NCBI RefSeq assembly: GCF_006345805.1
Contig: NC_042999.1
Coordinates: forward strand, 151,900,001-151,964,000
Direction of reading: 5' to 3'
DNA: 64,000 bases
From: Octopus sinensis
Lineage: Eukaryota
Below are positions 10,946 to 24,042 of the stretch, piece by piece. Positions within the stretch are counted from its first letter, which is position 1. Each line of letters starts with the position of its first letter. The notes under the pieces are model-generated. The model was not told the origin of the DNA. It saw only the letters and a list, made by a program, of their open reading frames with translations, and searched no databases. Both the position numbers and the translations under genes were made by a program.

Positions 10946-12884
10946 ATAAATAATAGTATTTGTTGATGTGTTTGAAGTATTACCCTAAGTCAGCCCTGGC
11001 TGAACAGCAATAGGATCAAAAAGCATTCCAACTATGACCACCCTGTCTTTATAATTTTGAACAAATTTTAAACAAAATGTGCTTTGGACTACATTTCTCA
11101 TTAAGTCCTTATCATAACAGTAGGATGGTGCTTGAAGGCAATTTAGTTGTTATTTCTAGCAGTAGATTGACCACATGGAGGTTCCATTGTTGGCTTGTCA
11201 GTTGTTGTTGCTGCTGTTCTTCTTCTTTCTGTTGCTGTTGTTGTTTAACCCTTAGTCAATGCTGACTGAGCTGGCCTACTATGAAATACATTCTAATCAT
11301 GACTACACATTTTTTCATTTCAAACTGCATTCATTATTCAACGTATAATTTCTTTTAAAGACAGTAGAATGGGATTTGAGAGATTCGGCTGCTATTTCTT
11401 GTAGGTCAAGCCATTCCTAGAGGCTCCCTAATTTCAATGGGAGATTTATCATTAGAAGTTGTTTAACCCTAGGGGTTGATTCATTAGATTTGTGATAAAA
11501 AGCATTCTTTCCATGACCATTTCATATTTTTAGGATTATGTATAGAATTACATTACCTAATATAATCTTTCATCAAAAGAATAGGATGTGATTTGAGGAA
11601 CATTTGGTTGCTGTTTCTAGCAAGCCACACCACTTTGTAGAAGCTTCCTTGTCATCTCATTAGTTGCCAAGAGATAGTATTTCTGAATTAAATAGCTTTC
11701 ATTGAGGTAACTTTTCTATTATCTTTGGACAACTATTTCTTTCTTTCTTTTTTTTTTTTTTGTTTTAGAATAAGACATTTTTTTATATGTGAAAAGAAAC
11801 AATTATGTTTTAGCGAAAGGTTATATTTATGAAGTATGAAACAGCTTTGTATGAATTGTTACATAAACAAACATTGAAAAACTGTGTTGGCTACTGGAGA
11901 CATTGAGATGATAATAATGGAGAATCAAAATAACTAGAGAAACGGATTTGTTAAGTTGTTCATTAAATCTCTAATATTCCTCTACTTACATGTATATGTG
12001 TGTGTGTATGTGTGTGTGTGTGTCTGCGTGTCTGTGTTTGTGTGTGTGTGTGTGTGTGTGTCTGTCTGTGTGTGTGTGTGTTTATATTGCTTCATGTAAA
12101 ATAAGTATAACAATCTATTTTGGCACCATTATTGAAAACGAATTACAAACGTGCTTCTTCACTACAATAACAACTTTGTAGTTTATGTCAAGAAGAATTA
12201 ATGTCTAAGAGTAGCAGACTGATGAACTTGCTTTCATGTTATCATTAGTATTGATTTAATCCATATTCCATTGATATTAAGATCTTGATGCTTATATAGA
12301 AATGTATTTAAAGAGATGGACAAAAGACTGCCACAGTTGTTGCTAAAAGGAAAGAAAGAAAATTGGAAAGATCACTTCTATTTTTACTAGATTTTTTCCG
12401 CTGAATTTTCAATATTTCAAGGATTTCACAACTCATCAAAGAATATCGATAACGATAGTCATATTGCTTTGCTTAGGTTGCAATAATATTTGGCATTTGT
12501 CAGGACTAGGTGATGTCAGTGTAGGAAGAAGAAATCTAGTTTGAAATATTTTATTATAAGTATTCAGATTCAATCGAGCACATGCAATACATGGACAAAT
12601 CAATGTTGCCAGTCAGACTTTAGTTGAAAGTTAGTTTCTGATAAGTAAAGTAACTTACTGCTATAAAATTCTCTAATAGGTTGAGTAACCAGATTCAGAT
12701 ACGGGTTACTTTATACTTTTCTGTCATAAAACATACTTTGAACAATATATTTACAGTAAAAATTATGCATTTCATAATAAAAGAAAACCCTGAGCCGACA
12801 CAGATTTTTAATACTAGCTTAACATCATGGTAAATTAATAACTAGAAACAGGCGTAATATAATTTTGTTTGCAATCTGGTTCAG

Positions 12885-12905
12885 AGCAACCAAATAATAA
12901 ACTAG
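12885..12905 (+). CDS. Candidate 21-nt phase 1-1 microexon
   Basis: TTTTGTTTGCAATCTGGTTCAG|AGCAACCAAATAATAAACTAG|GTAAGA. The only open frame is xQPNNKL. Confidence 0.22.
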   Translation, partial: SNQIIN

Positions 12906-13659
12906 GTAAGATTACAAGCGAATTTAGAACATTTTCAGCTAAACGCATAATTCAGTTTGTTTTTACCCTAAGTGACATTTTGTTTGCTAAACAAAAAAGA
13001 AAGAAAAAATTTGTAGTTAGCAGTCACAGTTAGAGAATCTTTACACTGTTTCTGAAAATTCTTTTTTGTTCCTCTACAATCTGAGATCAAAATATGCCAG
13101 TGTCAACTAAATCCTTTGATCTCTTTTGGATCAATAAAATAAATATTAGGAATATGTTCAATTGACCATATTTTGACTGGAATCATTATTGGTTTTCGCT
13201 TTTTTGTTTGTTTTGTTTTTGTTTTTTGTGTATGTAGGAACAAAGTCTGTATATTTTATAGGAGAGAAAATGGGGTACTACAATGTTCTGGCTTTTCCCA
13301 AGTGCATTAGTAGTATTCTTGAAGAGATTTAGCTTCAACGAGGAAGCTGAAAGCACAATAAATCATTATTGCTAGAATATAACCATGCCATTTTCCCCAC
13401 CCTCACACCTTCCTCTATAAATTTCAAGCCTTGCACATATATACGAAATTATTGTTGTGTAAAAGTAAACTTCTGTCTGGCAAATCACTCCTGTAACAGT
13501 TCTCAAACTGACAAACATCAGTTCCATTCAACCAAAAAAGAAAATATGAATAAAAATTCTTGGTACTGCCACCTCTTTGTTAATGAGAAGACAAAACAGA
13601 GTTTACTTGAGGAGGATTCTTCTTTCTTCATCATAGTGCTAAACACCATTATCATCATA

Positions 13660-13870
13660 TAATCATTTAATGTCCATTTTTTCGTGCTGGCATGAGTTGG
13701 ATGGTTTGATAGGAGGTGCACCAGATCTGCTTTTGCATGATTCCTACAGTTGGATGCTCTTCCTAATGCCATTTGCTTCACAAAGTGTACTGGTTGCTTT
13801 TTATGTGACACCATCACTGATGTGTTTTACATGACACCAGCACCGGTGCTTTTTATGTGGCACCAACACT
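13660..13870 (-). mobile_element. 5'-truncated RTE 3' tail
   Basis: CATTTAATGTCCATTTT...GCATGAGTTGGATGGTTTGA...GGATGCTCTTCCTAATGCCA. Confidence 0.75.
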
Positions 13871-14127
13871 AGTACTTTTTAGTTGGCATCAAAAACACCA
13901 TCTTAAATTTATCAAACATGGCAATTTACTTGATGATCCTTTCATTCCTTCCCTTAAAGGGAGCTGTCCTTCCCCATGAAAAATACCATGTTTGATGGCT
14001 GATACTGTAACAAAAAGATGAACCTGAGATAGTTGCATTTCTTCAACTTTATATTCCTGTGTATGATTTCATTTTTATATCAGGACAGGAGGCGGCAAAC
14101 CAATAACAAAATGTCCAATCCATGTCA

Positions 14128-14455
14128 GCATGAGTGGTAAGTAGCTTGCTTACAAACCACATGGTTCCGGGTTCAGTCCCATTGCGTGGCACCTTGGGCA
14201 AGTGTCTTCTACTACAGCCTCGGGCCAACCAGAGCCTCGTGAGTGGATTTGGTAGACGGAAACTGAAAGAAGCCCATCGTATATATGTATATGTATATAT
14301 TTGTGTGTGTGTGTGTTTGTGTGTTTGTGTTTGTCCCCCCAACGTCACTTGACAACTAGGCTTACATAGAATAAGTCCTGGGGTCGATTTGATCGACTAA
14401 AGGTGTGCTCCAGCATGGCCACAGTCAAATGACTGATACAAGTAAAGAGTAAAGA
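14128..14455 (+). mobile_element. SINE family B
   Basis: GTGGTAAGTAGCTTGCT..., B-box-like GGTTCAGTCCC, CCTTGGGCAAGTGTCTTCT, internal (TG)n and tail CAAGTAAAGAGTAAAGA. Confidence 0.85.
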
Positions 14456-14935
14456 GATGGGAAGTAGACATCAAATGACGATAATGAAGGGCATAGTTTA
14501 GACAGGGGTCTCTTTTTAGACAGTTCTGCAACTTGGTTTCAATTTCAAATTGGGAATGTTTCATCGTATTTACATCACAACAAAAGATATAAATGCTTTC
14601 CACTTCCCATTAAATTGTCAGTCCATGATTTGATCTCTTTCACCTCATACCATTAAAGTTCTTGGGAAAATTATAAAATTTACAATTTTCATTTCCCTTT
14701 CTCTAAAAATATCGAGTTCCATACTAAATATGAGAAACTATTGTTTCATTGTTTGGAAATGAAAGTAACTGAAACCAAGTCTGTAAAATAATTTTGATCC
14801 AGCGTCTCTGAGAAATCTCTTTCCATAGTGTTCTCTGACTAATATATTCTAAAATATGCTATTTTTTTCTGAGCCAGCTTATGCACTGTACCCTGACATC
14901 TGCTTAGTTAACCTCTTATCACTACTTTAGCAAGT

Positions 14936-15319
14936 GGAGGCGCAATGGCCCAGTGGTTAGGGCAGCGGACTCGCGGTCATAGGATTGCGGTTTCGATTCC
15001 CAGACCGGGTGTTGTGAGTGTTTATTGAGCGAAAACACCTAAAGCTCCACGAGGCTCTGGCAGGGGATGGTGGTGATCCCTGCTGTACTCTTTCACCACA
15101 ACTTTCTCTCACTCTTACTTCCTGTTTCTGTTGTACCTGTATTTCAAAGGGCCGGCCTTGTCACTCTCTGTGTCACGCTGAATATCCCCGAGAACTACGT
15201 TAAGGTTACACATGTCTGTGGAGTGCTCAGCCACTTACACTTTAATTTCACGAGCAGGCTGTTCCGTTGATTCGGATCAACCGGAACCCTCATCGTCATA
15301 ACCGACGGAGTGCTTCAAG
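14936..15319 (+). mobile_element. Young full-length tRNA-derived SINE, family A, with a 12-bp target-site duplication
   Basis: A box TGGCCCAGTGG and B box GTTTCGATTCCC. CpG-rich. TSD ACTTTAGCAAGT at 14924-14935 and 15320-15331. Confidence 0.92.
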
Positions 15320-16798
15320 ACTTTAGCAAGTATGGTGGAGTCTGTAGTTGGCTGAAGAAGTTTTATTAGACCAAAACCTATCTAGAACTGTCTTCCATAC
15401 TTGCAAGAATAATTCAAATAATATTAATTGTTGATTAATATTGCATAATTATTTTAAATTTTTTACAATTAAACATGTTAAAACTTAACTACTGCCATTC
15501 GTTAATGTATATGAGAATGTGAGAATTTTACTTTTCCCTTCTGTATTACAAATGTAAAGTTTGATATCTTTGTCAAGAATTATCATTATTGTTGTGTCTG
15601 AAGAACAAGATGAGCATTAAAGTTATAACTATTGAGAAGATAGTAGACACACAACAACAATGAAGTATGTATTATATACTATAATTATTTATAAGACAGA
15701 CAAGGATTCTGGATTATTTTTTCCATTTTTTTTTACTTAATTTTAGAGAGTGGTCGGGTTCATTTTTAGTATTCCCATTTGTAAGAGCAGTCAAGTTTAT
15801 TTCAGACATTCTCATTTTAAAAATCATCTCTGGCAATCGTCACTATATGTGCATGTTTGTGTGTGTGTATGTTTGTGTGTGTGTATGTGTGTATGTGTGT
15901 TTGTGTGTGTGTGTGTATGTGTTTGTGTTTGTGCCTTCCCATCTTGGTGTCATCTAATGAGTGCCACCATCATACTAGTGGTGTTATTCATTTCCAGTCT
16001 TCCATGAAAACATGTCTGACTGTGTGGAAACATTACCTTGCTTAGAAGCAAATGAGGGTTGGCAACGGGAAAGGTATCCAGCCAGGGAAAATCTTCTTTA
16101 ACCAGTTCCATCTGACCCATACAAGCATAGAAAAGTGGGCTTTTAAAAAAAATGGAAAGCTAAAATAGGAACATTTGTCTTTAAGACTGCATTTGCAATC
16201 ATTGCATTCCATCAACTCCTGATTCAAAATGTTATCTATCTCTAAACACAATGTCCAATAGTCTTCTTGCAATATTCTTGTAGAATTTTTTCTTGCAGTT
16301 ATCAAATCCATAATTTATTATTTCCATTCTCATTTTTATATTATTTATAGAATAATGCAGGAATCAAGAATTAAGTTTGTCAGATTTTAAAGTAAAATGA
16401 TTCCATGTCCGTTTTATTATCTGTGAGACGGCATCTTGAAGGATGCACTCTCCACCACCAGTTGAAATCAACCAGTGTGCATGGGTGTGTGTGTCATCCC
16501 ATTAGCATCTTTACTTCTTAATTTTGTATTATTTATTTTTGTGTATTGCTTTTAATTGCTTTATAACATAATTTTTTGAAAGCCCATGCGACTTTCACAG
16601 AAACCATTATTATCATTAGTGTTATTATTTTTGTTGTTGTTGTTGTTGCTAAAGTCCATAGTGATGGTGGTGGTGGTGGTGGTAGTAGCAGAACTTTTTT
16701 TCTTTCTAAGGAACATTAAATTGATTCTATAGAATATGGTAATAATAATATTGATATTTGTTATTCATAGAATGTTTTTTTCTCTTTCTCTCTTGCAG

Positions 16799-16854
16799 AG
16801 TGGCGGTATTACCAGATGACAGTTTCAACCATGTTTTACAGTGCAGCAATAACG
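16799..16854 (+). CDS. Candidate 56-nt internal exon of an unidentified host gene
   Basis: Long pyrimidine tract TTTTTTTCTCTTTCTCTCTTGCAG| and donor ACG|GTAAGA. Two frames are open (VAVLPDDSFNHVLQCSNN or WRYYQMTVSTMFYSAAIT). Non-repetitive and GC-richer than its flanks. Confidence 0.45.
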
Positions 16855-17813
16855 GTAAGAGCCTCTTCATATCAGTCTTAGACAAAAATAAAATTTGGAA
16901 TATTTATATATTCTATTAAACATTGTAGATTAATTCAAAAACAAAAAATAAAATAAAAATGATAAGAATAATAATGAAAATTATGTGTGTAAAATGTATT
17001 GATATATTTGTATCAAATAGAATCAAACATTTACCATTTATCATTATTTAATGCAGAGCTAATGTATTGGTAATATCATCATAATCATCATCATCATTGT
17101 CATCATCATCATTATCATCATCATCATCTTCATCATCAGGATTTTTCCATGGTAATATCTTCCCCATCCTCCTCCTCCTCCTCCTCCTCATCATCATCAT
17201 CATCATCGCCATCGTTGTCATCATCGTCATCATCACCATCACCATCACCATCATCGTTGTTTTAATGTCCACTTTACCATGTTTGCATGGGTCAAACAAG
17301 AGTATATTGTGACAGATTTGTTTTTTTTTGCAACATGATACCTGTCATGACACACCTGACACTATGTTACGAAGCCCTCCCTCAACTTATTTCCAAGAAG
17401 GTCTGATAAATTAATTCCTGGTCTATCAAACAACAAACAAACAGCCTGGACATGTGTGGAGAACTGCAAATGAATGACACCATATGGATGAGCCATTTGT
17501 TTACAAAGATTGCATCACATATAACATATATCAAGAAACCATAACATACTTTCATGGTGGACTGCAAGCAAGCAAAAGACTTGGTCAACAAAGCTGTTGT
17601 TTATGATCAATGAGCAAACACACGGGTAGATGAGAGAAATATGTCATCATCATCATCAGTAATAGTTTAAAATCAGATTTTAAATATTGGTATAGTTTGA
17701 CCCCCTTCATACTGACCTGCCTTAGACAACTTCTTGTTTTGCAATAAATAACTGCTAATTTTCAAATGCTCGTATGTTACAAGTTGAATAACTGAAACAA
17801 TATAAGGTCCCTG

Positions 17814-18035
17814 AAGGCAGCGAGCTGGCAGAAACCTTAGCATGCCGGGTGAAATGCTTAGCAATATTTCCTCTGTCTTTACGTTCGGAGTTCAAATTCC
17901 ACCGAGGTTGACTTTGCCTTTCATCCTTTCAGGGTCGATAAATTAAGTACCAGTTGCATACTGGCCCCCTCGATCTATTTCAACTGACCCCCTCCCTGCA
18001 AAATTTCGTGCCTTGTGCCTGAAGTAGAAAAGAAT
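17814..18035 (+). mobile_element. tRNA-derived SINE, family C
   Basis: GAGCTGGCAGAAAC (A-box-like), GAGTTCAAATTCC (B box), GACTTTGCCTTTCATCCTTTC, tail GTAGAAAAGAAT. Confidence 0.88.
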
Positions 18036-18377
18036 ATAAGGTCCCTCACCATGGATGTAGTGAGCAAGTTGGATATTCTGAGGCATGATGGTCACTTACT
18101 TGGCATGAATTTATATATTATTATTAGTTCTCTCCATGCTATGAAACATGTAAAGCCACTACATGATCTCTCCAATCAGCTCTGTTTTCTACCATTGTTC
18201 TGGTCTCCTTCCAGCTTCCCCACCCTTCTTGTCTCCTTGTCAATAGTTTTTCACCATGAGGTTTTAGGGCACCCTGTTGCTCTTCTGCCCTCAGGCTGCC
18301 ACTTTAGTGCCAGCATGCAATTGCTTTCTTGACTTGGCATAGATGACACCATCTAAATAAACCTTCTGATGCAAGAC

Positions 18378-18491
18378 ACCTTTTTAGTAAGCCCAGTACT
18401 TATTCTATCGGTCTTTTTTTGTCGAACTACTAAGTTACAGGTACATAAACACAGTAACATCAGTTGTCAAGCGATGGTGGTGGGACAAACA

Positions 18492-18539
<48 letters not shown>

Positions 18540-18687
18540 ATGGGCTTCTTTCGGTTTCCATCTACCAAATCCACTCATAAAGCTTTGGTTATAGTAGAAG
18601 ACACTTGCCCAAGGTGCCACGCAGTGGGACTGAACCCGGAACCATGTGGTTGGTAAGCAAGCTACTTACCACACAGCCACGCCTGCG
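18378..18687 (-). mobile_element. SINE family B
   Basis: Ends ACCACACAGCCACGCCTGC (reverse complement of the head). Internal (CA)n. Confidence 0.85.
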
Positions 18688-19419
18688 TTATTTAATTACT
18701 TTAATAGCTTCAGCTTCATTTTGTAATGGTCACCAAATTTAATATATTTTTCAATTTATAAGTTAATGTTAAACTATTTAATTCATAGAGCATTAAAAAA
18801 AAACTAATTAGAAATAATATTTAAAAACTGCCCTGAGGGAAAACAGTTATTAAACAATGACTAATATTAAGTTCACTTTTGTTTATTTCTAGTTTGCTTC
18901 TTAATCCTCTCTGTATTAAACATTTTAACATTAACTTAAGTATTGATTTTTCTTCCAGATAGGATCTCTGAACTATTTTAATATTACTTGTATTAGATCC
19001 TATTAGTGATAACTTAGACAGTTTTATGATAAAATTAATACTGCTAAAATATTTGAATCCAGTTAATTCCTCTGTATGCTTATTTTCTACATGAAAATGG
19101 ACCCTGTGTCTAGAAAATAGAAATAATTGTTTACAGAGTTAATTTGTATTTTAATTTATATTAATTATTAATTTTTTAATTTTATTTTATATTTTATAAT
19201 TTTATAATTATTATAATTATTTTATATTTTATAATTTTATAATTATTATTTTTTTGTTTTTGCATCATGAATATCCATGTTCTTTTATTACTATTGAAAT
19301 TTAAGTTTATAAATCATATTGAAGTTGAAATGAATGTGAGAAGATAATAAACATTAATTCCAGCGACACTGAGACATGAACGTAGCTTTACACTGTTGAA
19401 TTATTTGGATATTATGTGA

Positions 19420-19740
19420 AGGCATGTGGTTCAGTGGTTAGGGTCTTCAGCTCACAATCATACAGTCATGAGTTCAATTCCTGGTGGCATGTTGGGTCCT
19501 TCAGCAAGGTACTTTATTCCTCAATGCTCTAGTTCACTCAGCTGGAAAAAGTGAGTAGTACCTGTAATTTAAAGGGCCAGCCTTGCCACATTCTGAATTT
19601 CCTTGAGAACTATGTTAAGAGTGTGCATATCTGTGGAGTGCTCAGCCACTTGCATGTTAATTTTATGAACAGGACTGTTCTGTTAATCAGGTCAACTAGA
19701 ATTCTCATCATTGTAACCAGTGGAGTGCCATTAGGAAATA
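19420..19740 (+). mobile_element. Degenerate SINE family A
   Basis: GTGGTTCAGTGGTTAGGG...GAGTTCAATTCC head. Shares CTGTGGAGTGCTCAGCCACTT with the 14936 copy. Confidence 0.75.
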
Positions 19741-20194
19741 GGTAGAAGTAGTTTATGGCTTGTAGAGTATAATTGACTTATAAGATGTTAGGTCCAGTAT
19801 TAAACCTAAAAGACTAGTAATGGTTAAGTTGTAATAATGTATGGAGGAGGGTACCAAATGTAAAGATTAAGTGTCACATAACAGATTGTGGCATAATGGA
19901 GATGTTGCAAATTAGAGAAGAGGCTGTGTGTTGCATAGTTAAAAATATAACAAGTTAAGAAGTGATATATTAGAGATTTTAGTGAACTGTTATGAAGTTT
20001 CAGAACTGCAAATAGTTGGAGTCAGTTTTGATTGAGAACCTCTTGCCAGTACTCATTAAAGGCTGTTATTTTGTTGTGAAGGAGAAGAAAAGTAACACCA
20101 GCAACATTCACATGAAGTAAGCTAAGTCTCTGAATTCCATGATGGCAGAAATAAGCTGCCTGCAAGAAGCCAAAGGAAAATGTTCCCTTCTTGA

Positions 20195-20420
20195 GTTATG
20201 CCTACTTATAAGGGCCAGTTTCTTGATTTAATGGCATATAAATTCCCCACCTGGATGGGATACCAATCCATCACAGGGTTACTCATTTTTGCCAGCTGAG
20301 TGGACTGGAACAATGTGGAATGGAGTTTTCTTTTTACTCAAGACCACAACTCATTACCTGATTCAAGAATTGAAACCACAATTTTATGATCATGAGTCCA
20401 ACACCCTAACCACTAAGCCA
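20195..20420 (-). mobile_element. tRNA-derived SINE sharing the family A-type head but with a different central domain
   Basis: Minus strand TGGCTTAGTGGTTAGGGTGTTGGACTCATG ... CCACTCAGCTGGCAAAAATGAGTAACCCTGTGATGGATTGGTATCCCATCCAGG. Similar segments at 21836-22010, 28620-28670 and 63825-64000. Confidence 0.7.
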
Positions 20421-21420
20421 TAAATGAGTAACCCTGCAACAGGCTAGTCTTCTGATCAGTGGGGAATGTTGGCCTGCTTACCTAGCCAATAGGGTGGCAT
20501 CATTCCAAAGTTGAAATGTTGCAAAGTGCATTGTGACCAATGATGTATAACAATATCCAATAGTCTGGTCAATCACATGATCATGTCATTTCAATATATA
20601 GATGTGGTAAAGTCAAACTAGTTCATTAACAGAACCGGATGAGCTGTCTTGATGAAACTCTGTCTCGCCTAAAATGACGGCTGATTTAACTGGTTGAACC
20701 AATAAATTGGCTCATGAAAACTGAGGGTTTGATTCATGGTTATAAATTCAGTTGGTATCTCTTACAGACCTCTCTGAGAAATATTGGCTCAAGTAGAAAA
20801 AAAAAACTTGCCCTAAAACAAAACTAGTCTTAGAACAAATATGTCACATGCATTTTAAAAATTGTTTGCTTCAAATATTTATTTGACATGTTAAAACCAT
20901 GACCTTTAAATTTAGGTAATTTATTATGGATGACAAAAAGTGAATACTTAATGTGCAGTTCATGTAGCTTATGTTGCATTGTGGTATTATCATAATGCTA
21001 TGCAATCTGCATTCATGTGTGTTTATTATCTATGTAACATTTGCGAACTACTTAAAAAAAAAGTCACTTAGTCTATAAAATGCACAGGATCAACTTCATC
21101 ATATATTTGCTGATGTTGTTTTAATTTAAGCACCTTTCCAACTCCTGCTAACAAGAACATCTACATTTTAACTTGACACTGTTTGACATATGCAAAAATG
21201 CAAGTGCTGTGTCAGCTATGACAATAATATTTTTAAAAGTTTGCAGAATTAGAATGATTGTGTTGTTAGAATGATAGTTGTTAGAATGATTGTTTTGAAG
21301 GCCAGTATGAAGATATGAAAGAAATTTAACTACAGTCACTACAGCGGTCAGTTATTACTAATTTTTGTTTCCTTTATTGTATTTTGGGTAATTGACTTTA
21401 TCTGTTACCTGGTTTAATAT

Positions 21421-21650
21421 CTATTTCTTTACTACCCACAAGGGGCTAATCACAGAGGGGACAAACAAGGACAGACATATGGATTAAGTTGGTTATATGA
21501 CCCTAGTGCGTAACTGGTACTTATTTAATCGACCCCGAAAGGATGAAAGGCAAAGTCAAACTCGGCGGAATTTGAACTCAGAACGTAACGGCATCGAAAT
21601 ACCACTAAGCATTTCGTCCAGCGTGCTAACGTTTCTGCCAGCTCGCCGCC
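21421..21650 (-). mobile_element. SINE family C with the CTATTTCTTTACTACCCACAAGGGG tail variant
   Basis: Reverse complement of the 17814 head and body. CpG-rich. Confidence 0.88.
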
Positions 21651-22784
21651 TTTGTTTACCTGGTTTAATATCACCATCTAGGTGCCTTTAGCCATGTCGA
21701 CTTTGTTGCAAGTATTTGGGTCAAGTCTCCTCCTTCCCTCCCACCAGTCTTGGAGGCCTTGAAAGGAGGATAAGGACGTTATCCTTCCTCTTTTGAATAA
21801 ATGATTAATTTTTTTTTCCTTTTTTAAGTGAAGTGTGAAGGCATGTAGCCTAGTGGTTTGGCTGTTGCACACTGTAAGATCACAGTGTACTTGAGCAAAC
21901 ACTTCATTTTATGCTGCTTCAGTCCACTCAGCCACAAATGGCTCCAACAAAACTGGGAAGTTAATCCTGAGGCAGACCAGCATCCCATTCAGAGGGGAAT
22001 GTTGAAATCTCAGTAATTTATACACCTTGGAAAATGGTGATGATGATGATGATTAGACGTGCAAGCATACAGAGTGATAGATACAGACAGATAGATAGAC
22101 TGATAGATATTTGTCTCACCCTGTGGATCCCTTTCTTAGGAGATCCCACCAAAAAATGAAAAGAAAAGAAAAGAAAAATTTCAGCTCAAAGAACTGATGC
22201 CCTTTTCTGAATGCGCAAAATGATCTAATTCAAGTTAGGTAGGAAAAGCAGATGAAATATGAAAAGAGAGGAAGGGTAGGAGGGGGAGGGGAATTCTGTA
22301 ATTTTTATCTTGAGTAGGTGCAGTGGGGGGGGAGACTATATATTTTCATTAGATCATTTCTTTTTGACACTCAAGTATGGAAGAACAGTAATAATTCTAT
22401 TTCCTGTTTTTATGACCCTTTTAAGCATTTGGTTTAAAGGAGAAAGTTTCTAGCATTTCAACATCAATCACTAATTTAATTTATCACCTCAGAAAGGTGC
22501 TTCAATTGGCAGTGAACCAGAACATTTCCATAAATGGTGATTCATGTATACCCTGTATGTCAGTCTCTCTTTCTCTCTCTTCCTCTCTCTCTCTTTTCCT
22601 CTCTCTCTCTCTCTCTGTTTGTCTGTGTGTCTGCATATGTGTTTACTTACCTACCTACCTCCCTATCTATCATCACCACTACTACCATCATCTTCATCAT
22701 CATTATCATCATCATCATCATTGTTGTCGTCATTGTCATGCAGCCATTTTCCCATGCTGGCATATATTCTTTTCTACTCTATGC

Positions 22785-23160
22785 ACAAGGCCCAAAATTT
22801 TGGGAGATGAGGCCAGTCGATTACATTGACCCAGTACACAACTGGTACTTAATTTATCAACCCTGAAAGGACGAAAAGCAAAGTCGACCTTGGCAGAATT
22901 TGAACTCAAATTAGAAACAGATGAAATACCTATTTCTTTACTACCCACAAGGGGCTAAACACAGAGAGGACAAACAAGGACAGACAAATGGATTAAGTCG
23001 ATTATATCGACCCCAGTGCATAACTGGTACTTAATTTATCGACCCCGAAAGGATGAAAGGCAAAGTCGAGCTTGGCGGAATTTGAACTCAGAACATAACG
23101 GCAGACGAAATACAGCTAAGCATTTCACCCAGCGTGCTAACATTTCTGCCAGCTCACCGC
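22785..23160 (-). mobile_element. SINE family C head-to-tail dimer
   Basis: Two bodies joined at ...GATGAAATAC|CTATTTCTTTACTACC (about 22930). Confidence 0.85.
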
Positions 23161-23993
23161 CATAATGCTGGCATGTATTGGATGATGTCTTGTCATACAT
23201 GGGAACCAGGAAAAGCAACCAACATTATTGTTGTTGTTATTTATTCTTTGTGTCTTATAATGATGCATTTTATCACACCACTTGTACTAGAGGAGCTGTG
23301 CCATGCAGCAGCACTGCAGTAGTCTCCTCTAACATAAATCTGTTTTTATTTGGACTTAGAAACCCACTACTCCCTTAGGCATGGCATATAACCTGTGAAG
23401 TAGCTTGGATGTTCCAATTTCTGCCATAGTTTCTGTAACCGAATGCCCTTCATATCATCAGGCATATTTCAGTTGATTGTTCAAGTCCAAACACATGATT
23501 CTGAGTTCAGTCTCACTGCATGTTATCTTGAACAAGTATCTTCTACTCTAGCACCAGGCCAACCTTGTGAATGGATTTGTTGTATGGAAACTAAAGGAAG
23601 ACCATTGTATATTGATATAAGTGCCTGTCAGTGCATTTGTGTGTGTGTGTATGTTTGTGCGTATATCTCTCTCTTTCTCTCTCCTTGTCTTGATATTGCA
23701 TAATAGTTGTAAACGAGTGTCACTGTTATACTAGCAGTGTCATTTGTTTCCAATTTTCCATAAAAACATGACCAGGCATTGGGAAATATTACCTTGCCTG
23801 GAAACAGGCATAGATTGGTGACAGGAACAGCATCCAGCTGTAGAAAATTTGCCTAAATGAAATCCATCTGGTCCAAGCAAGCATGGAAAAGTGGATGTTA
23901 AATGATGACGATGATATGATGATGGTGATGGTGATGATGATGTATGTGTGTGTAACTGTATATGTGTGCTCATGTATGTATATGTACATGTGC

Positions 23994-24042
<49 letters not shown>

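Noticed and set aside
14084-14136. 53-nt exon-like segment (ATATCAG|...|GTAAGT)
   Set aside because: The donor is the standard GTGGTAAGTAG of the SINE-B head, present in many copies, so it is not independent evidence. Exonisation cannot be excluded.
14936-15010. Possible tRNA gene (also other SINE heads)
   Set aside because: A and B boxes are present, but there is no acceptor-stem closure and the sequence continues into a SINE body with a TSD.
19140-19260. Extremely AT-rich TTATAAT-type tract
   Set aside because: Degenerate low-complexity repeat, with no specific structure beyond composition.
20635-20675. CGGATGA...GAAAC hammerhead-like spacing
   Set aside because: The core is altered and neither stem I nor stem II can pair.
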